DNA of 64,000 nt from an uncultured Parasutterella sp. (GCF_900766055.1 NZ_CAAFTZ010000002.1); one strand, 5' to 3'; positions 41,132 through 50,712 are shown, counted from the stretch's first letter. Numbers and translations are program-made. The notes: generated by a model not told the origin, from the letters alone.

Positions 41132-43543
41132 ATGTTATTTTCAGAAGAGTGGCTGCGCCATTACATCAATCCTGCCCTCAGCAGCGATGAGCTGTGCGAA
41201 ACCCTGACGATGGGCGGCCTGGAAATCGAAGGCGCAGAACCGATTGCGCCGGCCTTCACCGGTGTGGTCGTTGCTCAGGTATTGACCTGCGAACAGCACC
41301 CGAATGCAGACAAACTGCATGTCTGCACGGTGGATATCGGTAAAGAGGAACCTGTGCAAATCGTCTGTGGTGCTCCGAACGTTAAAGCCGGAGTCAAGGT
41401 TCCGTGCGCCACGATCGGCGCCGTGCTTCCGGGCGACTTTAAGATTAAAAAAGCCAAACTCCGCGGTGTCGAGAGCAACGGTATGCTTTGCTCCAGCAGA
41501 GAATTAGGCATCAGCGAAGATCATTCCGGTCTGTGGATTCTTCCGGAAGACGCTCCTGTCGGTGAAGACATTCGCGTTTACGAACGTCTTGACGACAAGA
41601 AGATTGAAGTCAAAGCAACTCCGAACCGCGGTGACGCTTTAAGCGTGATCGGTGTTGGCCGTGATTTGAGAGCGCTGACTGGTGCCGAGCTTTCCCTCCC
41701 GGATTTCTCTCCGGTTCCGGCTACCTGCGACTGCGTTCACGAAGTGCGCAATGAAGCTCCGAATCTTTGCGGACGCTTTGCCGGCCGCGTGGTCTGCGGC
41801 GTCAATGCCAAAGCCCCGACTCCGCAGTGGATGAAGGACCGTCTGGAGCGTTCCGGCCAGCGTTCGATTTCTGCGCTGGTGGACATCTCCAACTACGTGA
41901 TGCTGGAACTTGGCCGTCCGACTCATATTTTTGACCTTGATAAGCTTGGCGGTCCGCTGACCGTTCGCTGGGCTAAAGAAGGCGAGAAGGCTGAACTGCT
42001 GAATGGTCAGACCGTCGATATTGATCCGTATTTCGGCGTGATTAGTGACAACAACGGTATTGAAGCGATTGCCGGCATCATGGGCGGCGATCATGCCGCC
42101 GTCTCGCTGAACACGAAGAATGTATTCATTGAAGCGGCTTTCTGGTGGCCAAAAGCTATTCAGGGCCGCTGCAGAAAATTAAATTTCTCGACGGACGCTG
42201 CATACCGCTTTGAACGCGGCGTGGATTTCCAGTCCAATGTGGACCACATGGAATACATCACTCGTCTGATTCTTGAGATTTGCGGTACCGCAGAAACCAA
42301 GGTCGGTCCGGTTGTCGACGAAATCGAAGAGCTGCCGGTTCGCGAACCCGTTCGCATGAGAGCAGACCGCTGCAGAAAAGTTATCGGTGCCGATATCTCT
42401 GACGACAAAATGGCCGAGTGCTTCACTCGTTTAGGCTTCTCCTTCAAGAAGGAAGGAGGCACTTTCGTAGTGGACGTTCCGAGCTATCGTTTTGACATCG
42501 AGATTGAAGAAGATTTGATTGAAGAAGTCGCTCGTCTCTACGGCTATCAGAACCTGACGGAAATTCCTCCGCTGGCTCGCGTAGCCATGCTCGAACGTCC
42601 GGAAGCGAAACTCGATCGCCACGAACTTCGCAAGAAGATGGCCGGTTTAGGATTCCAGGAACTAATTAACTATTCCTTCATCAGTGAGGAAGCCGAAGCA
42701 GACTTTGCCGAAGTTAAGGATCCGATTAAAGTTTTGAATCCGATCGCTTCCCAGATGGCTGTCATGAGAACACAGCTGATCTCCGGCTTGGTGGATCGTC
42801 TTAAGTACAACCTCAATCGTAAAGCCGACAGAGCAGCCTTGTTTGAATTAGGTCGTATCTTCAGGCGTGATCCCTCCGTTAAGGGCTCCGACGCTGCCGT
42901 TGAAGGCGTGTATCAGCCGCTGCATCTTGCCGCTCTGGTATACGGCTCGGCTCGCCCGGCTCAGTGGGGAGAGAAGGCTAGAAACTTTGACTTCTTCGAC
43001 TTGAAGGGTGCGGTTGAGATGCTGCTTCCGGGCCGCAATCTCCGCTTTGAAAAATCCAATCATCCGGCACTTCATCCGGGACGCGCTGCCACCGTTTATC
43101 TCGACGGTGAAGAGATTGGATTTATCGGCGAACTGCATCCTGAGCTTGCTCATAAGTACGAGCTGCCGCACTCTCCGATTGTCTTCGAACTCAAGGAAGA
43201 AGCCCTTTTGGATGTCGGGGTTCCGGTTAACCGCAGCTTGTCTAAGTTCCAGCCGATGTCTCGCGATATTGCTGTCTTCATTGACGATGCCGTGCCGGTT
43301 CAGAAACTGATGGACGCCGTGCGAAAGGCCGCGAAGAAAGATCTGCGCCTGCTGAGTTTGTCATCTTTTAAACTCTTTGATCTTTACAAACCTCAGGATA
43401 GTGCTAATGTAGGGAAGAAGAGCCTTGCGTTTAATATGTTGCTTCAGCGCCCGGATGCACAGCTTTCTGAAGAAGAGGCTGACGAGGCCGTGGCGGCTGT
43501 GGTAGAAGCCCTCGGTAAAGAGGGTGCAGTCTTGAGAGATTAA
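41132..43543 (+). CDS. pheT: phenylalanine--tRNA ligase beta subunit
   Basis: 803 aa, tRNA-binding N-terminus, B3/4, B5 and FDX-ACB domains. Confidence 0.9.
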   Translation: MLFSEEWLRHYINPALSSDELCETLTMGGLEIEGAEPIAPAFTGVVVAQVLTCEQHPNADKLHVCTVDIGKEEPVQIVCGAPNVKAGVKVPCATIGAVLPGDFKIKKAKLRGVESNGMLCSSRELGISEDHSGLWILPEDAPVGEDIRVYERLDDKKIEVKATPNRGDALSVIGVGRDLRALTGAELSLPDFSPVPATCDCVHEVRNEAPNLCGRFAGRVVCGVNAKAPTPQWMKDRLERSGQRSISALVDISNYVMLELGRPTHIFDLDKLGGPLTVRWAKEGEKAELLNGQTVDIDPYFGVISDNNGIEAIAGIMGGDHAAVSLNTKNVFIEAAFWWPKAIQGRCRKLNFSTDAAYRFERGVDFQSNVDHMEYITRLILEICGTAETKVGPVVDEIEELPVREPVRMRADRCRKVIGADISDDKMAECFTRLGFSFKKEGGTFVVDVPSYRFDIEIEEDLIEEVARLYGYQNLTEIPPLARVAMLERPEAKLDRHELRKKMAGLGFQELINYSFISEEAEADFAEVKDPIKVLNPIASQMAVMRTQLISGLVDRLKYNLNRKADRAALFELGRIFRRDPSVKGSDAAVEGVYQPLHLAALVYGSARPAQWGEKARNFDFFDLKGAVEMLLPGRNLRFEKSNHPALHPGRAATVYLDGEEIGFIGELHPELAHKYELPHSPIVFELKEEALLDVGVPVNRSLSKFQPMSRDIAVFIDDAVPVQKLMDAVRKAAKKDLRLLSLSSFKLFDLYKPQDSANVGKKSLAFNMLLQRPDAQLSEEEADEAVAAVVEALGKEGAVLRD

Positions 43544-43615
43544 GGGGAAGTCATGGCAAACATTGGTCCTGACAATTTTGAACTCGTCAAAGAGTTGCTT
43601 GGGGATAAAAACACA

Positions 43616-43909
43616 ATGAACCGCAGCACGCTCGAAGAAGTTCTCTTCGAGGAGCTCGGGTTCAGCCGCGAGATGTCTCGAGTTTTTGTGACTCAGTTTT
43701 TCCAAACCATTTCGGACGTTTTGGCAACCGGAGAAGAGGTGAAACTGACGACCCTCGGCAGGTTTGAAATCTGCGGCAGAGCGTACAAAATGTTCTTTGA
43801 CCCGGAGGCCAAGGAGTGGTTTGATGCGCCGACCCGTTTGGATGTTTACTTCCATCCTTCCAAGAAACTGACGGACTTTATCGATTACAACTTACGTCCG
43901 AAGGCTTGA
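43616..43909 (+). CDS. ihfA: divergent IHF/HU-fold DNA-binding protein at the ihfA position (start may be 43553)
   Basis: MNRSTLEEVLFEELGFSREMSRVFVTQFFQTISDVLATGEEVKLTTLGRFEI aligns without gaps to IHF-alpha; the beta-arm carries the conserved Pro but lacks the basic [10 protein letters not shown] motif. Confidence 0.55.
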   Translation: MNRSTLEEVLFEELGFSREMSRVFVTQFFQTISDVLATGEEVKLTTLGRFEICGRAYKMFFDPEAKEWFDAPTRLDVYFHPSKKLTDFIDYNLRPKA

Positions 43910-43915
43910 TAGCGG

Positions 43916-44341
43916 ATGCCCAAAAAGAAGAAGCTTCCTGAATTGCCGCCGATACCTTCGAAAAGGTATTTCCCGATTCGGGAAGCGAGCTCACTTTGCG
44001 GTGTAAAAGATTATGTCCTGAGGTTTTGGGAAAAAGAATTTTCTCAGCTCAGACCAATGAAGCGCGGAAGCCAGCGTGCTTACCGCGCAAAAGATATTTT
44101 GATTGCCCGCAGGATACGAGAGCTTCTCTATGGGGACGGCTATCGGATTGATGCGGCAAGAGAAATTTTGAATAAAGAAGACAGAGAAGCAAAAGCCGGA
44201 GCTTCTGCGCCGCAGCTTCCGGAGACCTCTTTCCCCGGTTTTGAAGGAGCAGTAACCTTTTCTCAGCCGGAAATCGATTGGGAAGAATTTGATTCTGTCG
44301 TCTATAACTTGGAAAAAATCGAAGAGTTTTTGCACAATTAA
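43916..44341 (+). CDS. MerR-family transcriptional regulator
   Basis: N-terminal HTH ([25 protein letters not shown]), commonly found after ihfA. Confidence 0.7.
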   Translation: MPKKKKLPELPPIPSKRYFPIREASSLCGVKDYVLRFWEKEFSQLRPMKRGSQRAYRAKDILIARRIRELLYGDGYRIDAAREILNKEDREAKAGASAPQLPETSFPGFEGAVTFSQPEIDWEEFDSVVYNLEKIEEFLHN

Positions 44342-44371
44342 AAAAAATCGTGTAATATCACGGTTCTTGAG

Positions 44372-44449
<78 letters not shown>

Positions 44450-44461
44450 GAAATTCCCGAA

Positions 44462-44495
44462 AGGTTGTCCGAGTGACAGCCTTTTTTGTTTTCTG
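44462..44495 (+). terminator. rho-independent terminator after tRNA-Pro
   Basis: stem GGTTGTC/GACAGCC (one G-U) then TTTTTTGTTTT. Confidence 0.6.
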
Positions 44496-44518
44496 CGGCC
44501 GTTACGGAGGAAGTCAGC

Positions 44519-45295
44519 ATGGCTTGTATTCTTTTTCCTTCACCAATTTTCGGACCGGTTCATTCCAGACGCTTAGGCACCTCTTTAGGCATCAATCTTT
44601 TGCCCGCTGAAGCTAAAGTCTGTTCTTTTGACTGCGTGTACTGCGAATGCGGCTTTAACAAAGACCACGACGCCAAGCGCAAACTTCCTACGCGGGAAGA
44701 GGTTCGAACCGCACTGGAAAAGAAACTCATTTATCTGCAGCAGACAGGTGTGGTACCGGATGTCTTTACGTTCGCCGGAAACGGAGAGCCGACTTCTCAT
44801 CCCGATTTTGACCTCATTATCGACGACACAATCGAGCTCAGAGACCGCTATTTTCCTAACGCAAAAATCAGTGTCTTAAGTAACTCTACTTTTCTAGCGC
44901 GTGACAAGGTCGTCAGGGCATTGGCAAAAGTGGACAACCCGATTATGAAGCTCGATACCGTCAACGCCGGGTACATCCGGCGCATTGATCGTCCGAACGC
45001 CAAGTACGATGTGAAGGATGTGATCGAAAAACTCAAAAACATGCCGGTCCGTCCGATTATCCAGACGATGTTCCTGAAAGGCGAGTTTGAAGGGCTGTCC
45101 GTGGATAACACGACAGACGAGTATGTAGATCCCTGGATTGACGTACTCGAAGAAATCAAACCTCGGGAAGTGATGATTTATACCCTTGACCGCGACACTC
45201 CGGCTGCAGGGTTAAAAAAGGCGGATAAGGAGTCTCTTTGTAAAATTCGCGACAAACTTGAAAAAAGAGGTTTCAGCGTCATGGTAACTGTTTAA
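44519..45295 (+). CDS. radical SAM domain protein (function not assigned)
   Basis: CSFDCVYC (CxxxCxxC) and GNGEPT SAM-binding motifs; SD GGAGGA; N-terminal [16 protein letters not shown]. Confidence 0.7.
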   Translation: MACILFPSPIFGPVHSRRLGTSLGINLLPAEAKVCSFDCVYCECGFNKDHDAKRKLPTREEVRTALEKKLIYLQQTGVVPDVFTFAGNGEPTSHPDFDLIIDDTIELRDRYFPNAKISVLSNSTFLARDKVVRALAKVDNPIMKLDTVNAGYIRRIDRPNAKYDVKDVIEKLKNMPVRPIIQTMFLKGEFEGLSVDNTTDEYVDPWIDVLEEIKPREVMIYTLDRDTPAAGLKKADKESLCKIRDKLEKRGFSVMVTV

Positions 45296-45329
45296 GTAAA
45301 AACACTTAATTTTGAAATATATGTCATTT

Positions 45330-45347
45330 TTGTCATTAAGCTGTCAT
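45330..45347 (+). promoter_or_regulatory. Pho-box-like direct repeat (TTGTCAT-TAAG-CTGTCAT), with a third TGTCAT at 45322
   Basis: matches the PhoB box consensus CTGTCAT-N4-CTGTCAY with 11-bp periodicity; possible -10 TACTAA 9 bp downstream. Confidence 0.3.
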
Positions 45348-45397
45348 ATTAGGTTACTAAATTGGAAGATGATTCCATAACAACCTTTGAGGACTAA

Positions 45398-45550
45398 ATG
45401 CCTGAATCTCTTCCGATGAAAACTCGTCTTTTATTAGCCGGGGCTTCCCTCCAATTGATCTCCCTTGCTAAAAAGTCTGAGAAAAAAGAGAAGAAGCAAA
45501 AAGTCGTTACTGTATCTGCAGGAATGACCCTGTCTAAGGCTACGGCCTAA
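45398..45550 (+). CDS. candidate 50-aa small secreted lysine-rich protein (MPESLPMKTRLLLAGASLQLISLAKKSEKKEKKQKVVTVSAGMTLSKATA)
   Basis: strong SD GAGGA 5 nt before the ATG; signal-peptide-like hydrophobic stretch; terminator 45604-45634 downstream; below the ORF-track size cutoff. Confidence 0.3.
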   Translation: MPESLPMKTRLLLAGASLQLISLAKKSEKKEKKQKVVTVSAGMTLSKATA

Positions 45551-45603
45551 TCAATTCGAGAGGACTGAAAATTTCGTCGGCCGATTGCCGACATTGATGC
45601 GCA

Positions 45604-45634
45604 GCCGTAGAGATTTAAAAAACTACGGCTTTTG
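45604..45634 (+). terminator. rho-independent terminator
   Basis: stem GCCGTAG/CTACGGC then TTTTG. Confidence 0.55.
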
Positions 45635-45763
45635 CCTTTCTTGTACCGGCCAGAATGCGCTTTTGCACGAACAGTCCTCGGTCTGCGCTCTCGTCATTGG
45701 CTAAGAAGCCGGAAAATCGCGATAATTGAAAGCTAAACACTTCGGCTATATTTGAGGAGAGCG

Positions 45764-46516
45764 ATGAATATTTTGATTTCAAACGACGACGGTTATTTAG
45801 CACCCGGAATTCAGGAACTCGCTCGTCGAATTCGCCGATTCGGCAATGTTACAGTGGTTGCACCCGAACAAAACCACAGCGGGGCCAGCAACTCCTTAAC
45901 GCTTAACCGTCCTCTTTCCGTACGCCAGGTCCAGGAAAACGTTTTCTTTGTGAACGGTACCCCGTCCGATTGTGTGCACATCGCTTTAACCGGTTTGCTG
46001 CCCCAAAAACCCGATATCGTTTTAAGCGGCATCAACTGCGGACAAAATATGGGCGACGATGTGCTTTATTCCGGTACTGTTGCAGCCGCCATGGAGGGTT
46101 TCTTATTTGGCTGCCCGTCCTTTGCTTTTTCTCAAGTGCATTCGGGTTGGTCCTGCTTGGATTCTGCCGCGGAGGTCGCTGAGTATATTGTGGACAACTT
46201 TATTAAAAATCCGCTTCCAGCACCGTTCCTGCTGAATGTCAATATTCCCAATACAACGATTGACCAGCTCTCCGGATTAGTCGTGACACGCCTTGGCCGC
46301 CGTCATGCAGCTCAGTCCGTGATTGAGCAGGTTAACCCGCGAGGCGAGACAATTTATTGGCTCGGTGCCGCCGGTGACGCCCGCGACAGCACTCAGGGTA
46401 CCGATTTTTGGGCCACATCTCACAACTACGTCAGCATGACGCCGCTCCAAGTGGATATGACCAATTACGGCATGCTGGATACCGTTCGCGCTTGGTGTAA
46501 CAGCTTTCAGTCCTGA
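45764..46516 (+). CDS. surE: 5'/3'-nucleotidase SurE
   Basis: MNILISNDDGY N-terminus; SD GAGGAGA. Confidence 0.9.
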   Translation: MNILISNDDGYLAPGIQELARRIRRFGNVTVVAPEQNHSGASNSLTLNRPLSVRQVQENVFFVNGTPSDCVHIALTGLLPQKPDIVLSGINCGQNMGDDVLYSGTVAAAMEGFLFGCPSFAFSQVHSGWSCLDSAAEVAEYIVDNFIKNPLPAPFLLNVNIPNTTIDQLSGLVVTRLGRRHAAQSVIEQVNPRGETIYWLGAAGDARDSTQGTDFWATSHNYVSMTPLQVDMTNYGMLDTVRAWCNSFQS

Positions 46517-46601
46517 GAATAATTTGATTTGTTCTGACGATTGAAGTCTTTTTACTTAAAATCTGCTCGGTAAAGAAATAAAAGAGGCTCATGGAGGAGT
46601 T

Positions 46602-47366
46602 ATGAATTGCAGTAAGTATCTTTGGCCGATGGTGTTTGCTTCGGTGATGGCCGGCTGTTCGTTTACCGGAGGCAATGCCCCGATATCGGACGGTTCGGCG
46701 ACGGCTTCCGTCTATACCGTTAAGCCAGGAGATACGCTGTATGCGATTTCCTCCCGCTACGGCCTTGATCCTGCTGTGGTTGCACGCGAGAATCATCTGA
46801 CGAACCCCTCTCATCTGTTGGTTGGTCAGAAACTCCGTTTGTCCGTGTCTTCTTCAACGGATGCCAATATTCGCAGAGTCGAAGCCAACACGAAGACACA
46901 GACGAGTTCGAGCAGCTCTGCTAAGACGTCGACTTCTTCAAGCACAGCTCCTGCCGCATCCGCAAGTAGTACCCAGACCGCTTCTTCAAGCAGCTCAGTC
47001 GGAAGCGCAAACGGTACTTACGGTTGGCCGGCTTCAGGAAAGATTATTCAGAATTTCGGCGGTATGAATAAAGGTATTGACATCGCCGGTTCTGAAGGTG
47101 AGAAAGTACATGCCGCCGTGAATGGAACGGTCCTTTTTGACGGCCAGGTTCAGGGTTACGGCAAAGTCGTGATGATTCGCGACAAAGACGGCTGTGTTTC
47201 TGTCTATGGCCGAGTCAAATCGATCTCGGTAAAACAGGGCGATCAGGTTCGTAAAGGACAGGCGATTGCCGTGATGGGGACGACGGATGTTTCTCCCCGT
47301 GTCCATTTTGAAATACGCAAAAACGGCAAACCCATCGATCCTCTTACAATGCTTCAAAAGCGCTAA
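46602..47366 (+). CDS. nlpD: NlpD-like lipoprotein (LysM plus degenerate M23 peptidase domain)
   Basis: lipobox MAGC, LysM (YTVKPGDTLYAISSRYG), Ser/Thr-rich linker, M23 domain lacking the catalytic His (murein hydrolase activator type). Confidence 0.8.
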   Translation: MNCSKYLWPMVFASVMAGCSFTGGNAPISDGSATASVYTVKPGDTLYAISSRYGLDPAVVARENHLTNPSHLLVGQKLRLSVSSSTDANIRRVEANTKTQTSSSSSAKTSTSSSTAPAASASSTQTASSSSSVGSANGTYGWPASGKIIQNFGGMNKGIDIAGSEGEKVHAAVNGTVLFDGQVQGYGKVVMIRDKDGCVSVYGRVKSISVKQGDQVRKGQAIAVMGTTDVSPRVHFEIRKNGKPIDPLTMLQKR

Positions 47367-47386
47367 GTTAGACGTTAGGAAAATTC

Positions 47387-48838
47387 ATGGCACGAGCTAA
47401 AAAAGAGCGGGCAAAATATGTCGCCGTTATTGAGTCCTTGGATCAGGAAGGCCGCGGAGTCGCACGCCGTGACGGTAAGGTCGTATTCATCGAAGGGGCG
47501 CTCCCTGGCGAAAAAGTAGAGTACGAGGTCTATCGCAGCAAACCTTCCTTCGAATTAGGTCTGACCACCGAAATTTATAAGGAGTCTCCGCTTCGCGTTA
47601 TGCCGAAGTGTCCTTACTTCGGGGTTAAGGACGGCAGCTGCGGCGGCTGCGCCATGCAGCACCTCGAAGCCCATGCTCAGGTTGCCATGAAACAAAAAGT
47701 TCTGATGGATGCTTTGTGGCACATCGGCAGAGTTCGACCTGAGCAGGTACTGGCGCCGATCTATGGCTCTGCATGGAGATATCGTCACCGCGCTCGTCTG
47801 TCCGTACGCGAAGTCGCCAAAAAGGGAACTGTGCTCGTCGGCTTCCATGAAAAGCGTTCAAGCTTTATCGCAGACATGAAGAGCTGCGAAATCCTGCCGA
47901 AGCGTGTCAGCGATCTTCTCATGCCGCTGCGCGAGCTTATCAACTCTTTAACGCTGCGTAAGAAGATTCCTCAGATTGAATTGGCTGTCACTGATGAAGC
48001 TTTGGCTTTGGTCCTTCGTGTCTTAGAAAAGCCGACGACTGAGGACGAAGCAAAACTCAGGCAGTTCCAGAAAGATTATAGTGTTGACTTTTGGTACCAG
48101 CCGAAGGGCCCGGATTCCATTTATCCGATGGATCCCGAAAATGCCAATCGACTGAAACTGCACCATCGGGAAACCGGTGTGGAAGTCGTCTTTAGACCTA
48201 CAGACTTTACGCAAGTAAACCATCGCTTGAACGAAGTGATGGTGACCAGAGCGCTTCGATTGCTGCATCTTGAACCCGCGTCTAGGGCCATCGATTTCTT
48301 CTGCGGGCTCGGCAACTTTACGCTGCCGCTGGCAACCAGAACAGCGAAAGTTCTTGGTATTGAAGGCAGCTCCGAGCTGGTCGAACGTGCACGTGCGGGC
48401 GCTAAAGACAATAACCTCGCGGATAAGACCGAATTTGAGGCTCGTAATCTGTTTGACTGGACACTGGACGATTGGGATGCCGTTTGGAATAAGCTCGGCA
48501 GTGTAGATCGAGTTCTTATCGACCCGCCGCGCGAAGGCGCAATGGCACTTTGCCGCTCGCTCGCTGACACGGACAAACGTCCTGCACGTCTGGTCTATGT
48601 TTCCTGTAATCCTGCAACGCTGGCGCGCGACGCTGCGCTGCTTGTCAGAGAAGGCGGCTGGAAGCTTCTGTCGGCCGGTGTGATGAATATGTTCCCGCAT
48701 ACAGCTCACGTCGAGAGTATCGCCGTCTTTGAACCGGGTCCCAAACCGGAAAAAGTCGACGAAATCGATGAACTCGAAATCAGCGGAATGACTGAAGAGG
48801 CTGAGCAGGAAGCTCGATCCGAGGAATCGAAGATTTAA
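47387..48838 (+). CDS. rlmD: 23S rRNA (uracil1939-C5)-methyltransferase RlmD (RumA)
   Basis: TRAM domain, Cys cluster (CPYFGxxxxSCGGCAMQH), SAM-MTase fold (DFFCGLGNFTLPLA, DPPR). Confidence 0.85.
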   Translation: MARAKKERAKYVAVIESLDQEGRGVARRDGKVVFIEGALPGEKVEYEVYRSKPSFELGLTTEIYKESPLRVMPKCPYFGVKDGSCGGCAMQHLEAHAQVAMKQKVLMDALWHIGRVRPEQVLAPIYGSAWRYRHRARLSVREVAKKGTVLVGFHEKRSSFIADMKSCEILPKRVSDLLMPLRELINSLTLRKKIPQIELAVTDEALALVLRVLEKPTTEDEAKLRQFQKDYSVDFWYQPKGPDSIYPMDPENANRLKLHHRETGVEVVFRPTDFTQVNHRLNEVMVTRALRLLHLEPASRAIDFFCGLGNFTLPLATRTAKVLGIEGSSELVERARAGAKDNNLADKTEFEARNLFDWTLDDWDAVWNKLGSVDRVLIDPPREGAMALCRSLADTDKRPARLVYVSCNPATLARDAALLVREGGWKLLSAGVMNMFPHTAHVESIAVFEPGPKPEKVDEIDELEISGMTEEAEQEARSEESKI

Positions 48839-48843
48839 CGGAA

Positions 48844-49383
48844 ATGGCGCCTTTGGTTTTTCAGATCGTAATTCTGTTTGTCAAAATTTTGGCTGAGCTG
48901 CTGCTCATCATTCTGGTGCCGGCCTTCGCCCTAAAATTTTTCAAGAAAGACTTAAGCTTCGGTTTGGCATTTTCTGCCTCTATCCTGATGATTTTGCTGC
49001 CGGTGCTCACATACGTAAATAACGCTGAACTCAACAACACCATGCTGCCGCTCACTGCGTGGGGTGTGGAGTCAGTATTGACGCTTTCGTGGATGAGCTG
49101 GGGGCTTTCGACCGGCGCCATCATCTCTTTTTTGTATGCTGCTTATCTCATTGTAGAAAGCCGAAGTTCCGAGACGATAAATCTAGTCCTGCTTTTCACG
49201 GGTATCGGCTACCTTTTAAATTTATTGTCACAGGCGGCTGCCCCCTATTTGTTGTTCGGGTCTTTCGGCGCAGGAGTTGCCAAAGATGACCTTCCGTTTT
49301 TATGCTTGTCGCTGGTACTTGCCTTAGGCATAGGTATCTATGTGCGGTATTCTGAGGCCGCTGGAAAAACATTCAGCAATTAA
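48844..49383 (+). CDS. hypothetical polytopic membrane protein A (179 aa)
   Basis: about 5 predicted TM helices; 5-bp gap to rlmD; no family motif recognised. Confidence 0.5.
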   Translation: MAPLVFQIVILFVKILAELLLIILVPAFALKFFKKDLSFGLAFSASILMILLPVLTYVNNAELNNTMLPLTAWGVESVLTLSWMSWGLSTGAIISFLYAAYLIVESRSSETINLVLLFTGIGYLLNLLSQAAAPYLLFGSFGAGVAKDDLPFLCLSLVLALGIGIYVRYSEAAGKTFSN

Positions 49384-49406
49384 TAACTAAAACTAAGGAG
49401 AATAGG

Positions 49407-50033
49407 GTGGAAGAAAGCGGAGTATTTGAGTACTGGTTTGCTTTTTTGTTTGCGTTGGGTTTCTGTGTCTGGTTTCCCACGTATGTTATCAAAACCAAAG
49501 GGCAGGGCATCTCGACTTGGGGATTGGCGCTTTGTATTGTCGTCCTGTTTATCGGACTGCCTCTGCTTTCGATTAGCTTGATCCGCGATGTTCTCCCTTC
49601 TCTGTGGCTGAGCTTTGTCAGTGCAAACTATGAGTCTCCGAGCATCTCCCTGCTTTACGGGACCATTCACAAGATGGCTACGCTGGATCAGCTTTACGTA
49701 GCGCTGGCCATGATTTGTATTTTGGTTGCCATCGGTCAAAGCGTTTTTGCTTCTTGGCTGCTTTATATCCGCCACAACCGCGAAAGTCTGGTTCGTGCTC
49801 TGAGAATCATGTGGTCCTCGGCTTTCTTTATTGTGTTGGCAGGCGGTATTCTGCCGCTCATTATTCTGGGCTCGCACGGATTTACGGTGGCGATTCCTGC
49901 CGGATATACGATGGGTGCTTACATCGCAGTGCTCATGGTGATCACTGCTTACCTGAGAATGAGTCCGCAGGTAGCGGATAATTATCCTATTAGCCACCAG
50001 CCGAAAAAAGATCGGGAAAAAAATAGGGGTTAA
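49407..50033 (+). CDS. hypothetical polytopic membrane protein B (208 aa)
   Basis: GTG start with SD AAGGAGA; similar architecture to A and C. Confidence 0.5.
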   Translation: MEESGVFEYWFAFLFALGFCVWFPTYVIKTKGQGISTWGLALCIVVLFIGLPLLSISLIRDVLPSLWLSFVSANYESPSISLLYGTIHKMATLDQLYVALAMICILVAIGQSVFASWLLYIRHNRESLVRALRIMWSSAFFIVLAGGILPLIILGSHGFTVAIPAGYTMGAYIAVLMVITAYLRMSPQVADNYPISHQPKKDREKNRG

Positions 50034-50036
50034 CGC

Positions 50037-50561
50037 ATGGAATTTCTTATGACTGTCCGCACACTGATTGCAACCACCGTGATGCTGTTTTGCTCATTAT
50101 GGCTGGCGTGGCAGTTAAAGATCCGTTGTCCCAAACTTCCCGTTTCTGCCGTTTTGATCTTGTCTTTGATCATGCTGTTTGAGCCGGGCATGCTGGCCTT
50201 CTTGGTTTGGGTAGTGCACGATATAGCATCCGTTAACGGGGGGCTGATGATTCATGCCTATACTTTTGTTAAGGCAGCGGTCGCGATTTATTTGCTTTTC
50301 ATTCTTCCGTCGATCTGGTTTGCCAGAAGCTTCTATGTTGAAAGCAAAATCGTGACTCTCAAAGCCTTGCGTTTCGCGATCATTCTTCCGGCAGCATTTA
50401 CAGCTGTCACATTTATTGAAGTTCCGAAAATGATCTGGCAGGACCGCGCTTCGGAGCTTGTTTCTTCCGGTTTGGAGACGTTCATCGTGGTGGCGGTGAT
50501 CAACCTTATCCTGCTTGCATTAACCTACCGGTTTAAGGCCCCGAATATACCTGCGCAGTGA
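50037..50561 (+). CDS. hypothetical polytopic membrane protein C (174 aa)
   Basis: 3-bp gap to B; TM1, basic loop (KIRCPK), further TM helices as in A and B. Confidence 0.5.
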   Translation: MEFLMTVRTLIATTVMLFCSLWLAWQLKIRCPKLPVSAVLILSLIMLFEPGMLAFLVWVVHDIASVNGGLMIHAYTFVKAAVAIYLLFILPSIWFARSFYVESKIVTLKALRFAIILPAAFTAVTFIEVPKMIWQDRASELVSSGLETFIVVAVINLILLALTYRFKAPNIPAQ

Positions 50562-50683
50562 CCGGTTGCCGGAAACGGTGCACGGCGTAAAACTAAGTAA
50601 TCAGGCGTTTCAGCCTCTCGTAAAACCTTAGTCCTAACTCCCTGCATGATAAAATCAACCGATTGTCTTGTAGACAAAAGAAG

Positions 50684-50712
50684 TGCGGAATCCTCCGCAT
50701 TTCTATTTTTTA
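50684..50712 (+). terminator. hairpin plus T-run immediately upstream of ndk
   Basis: stem TGCGGA/TCCGCA, loop ATCC, then TTTCTATTTTTTACTTTTATT. Confidence 0.5.
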
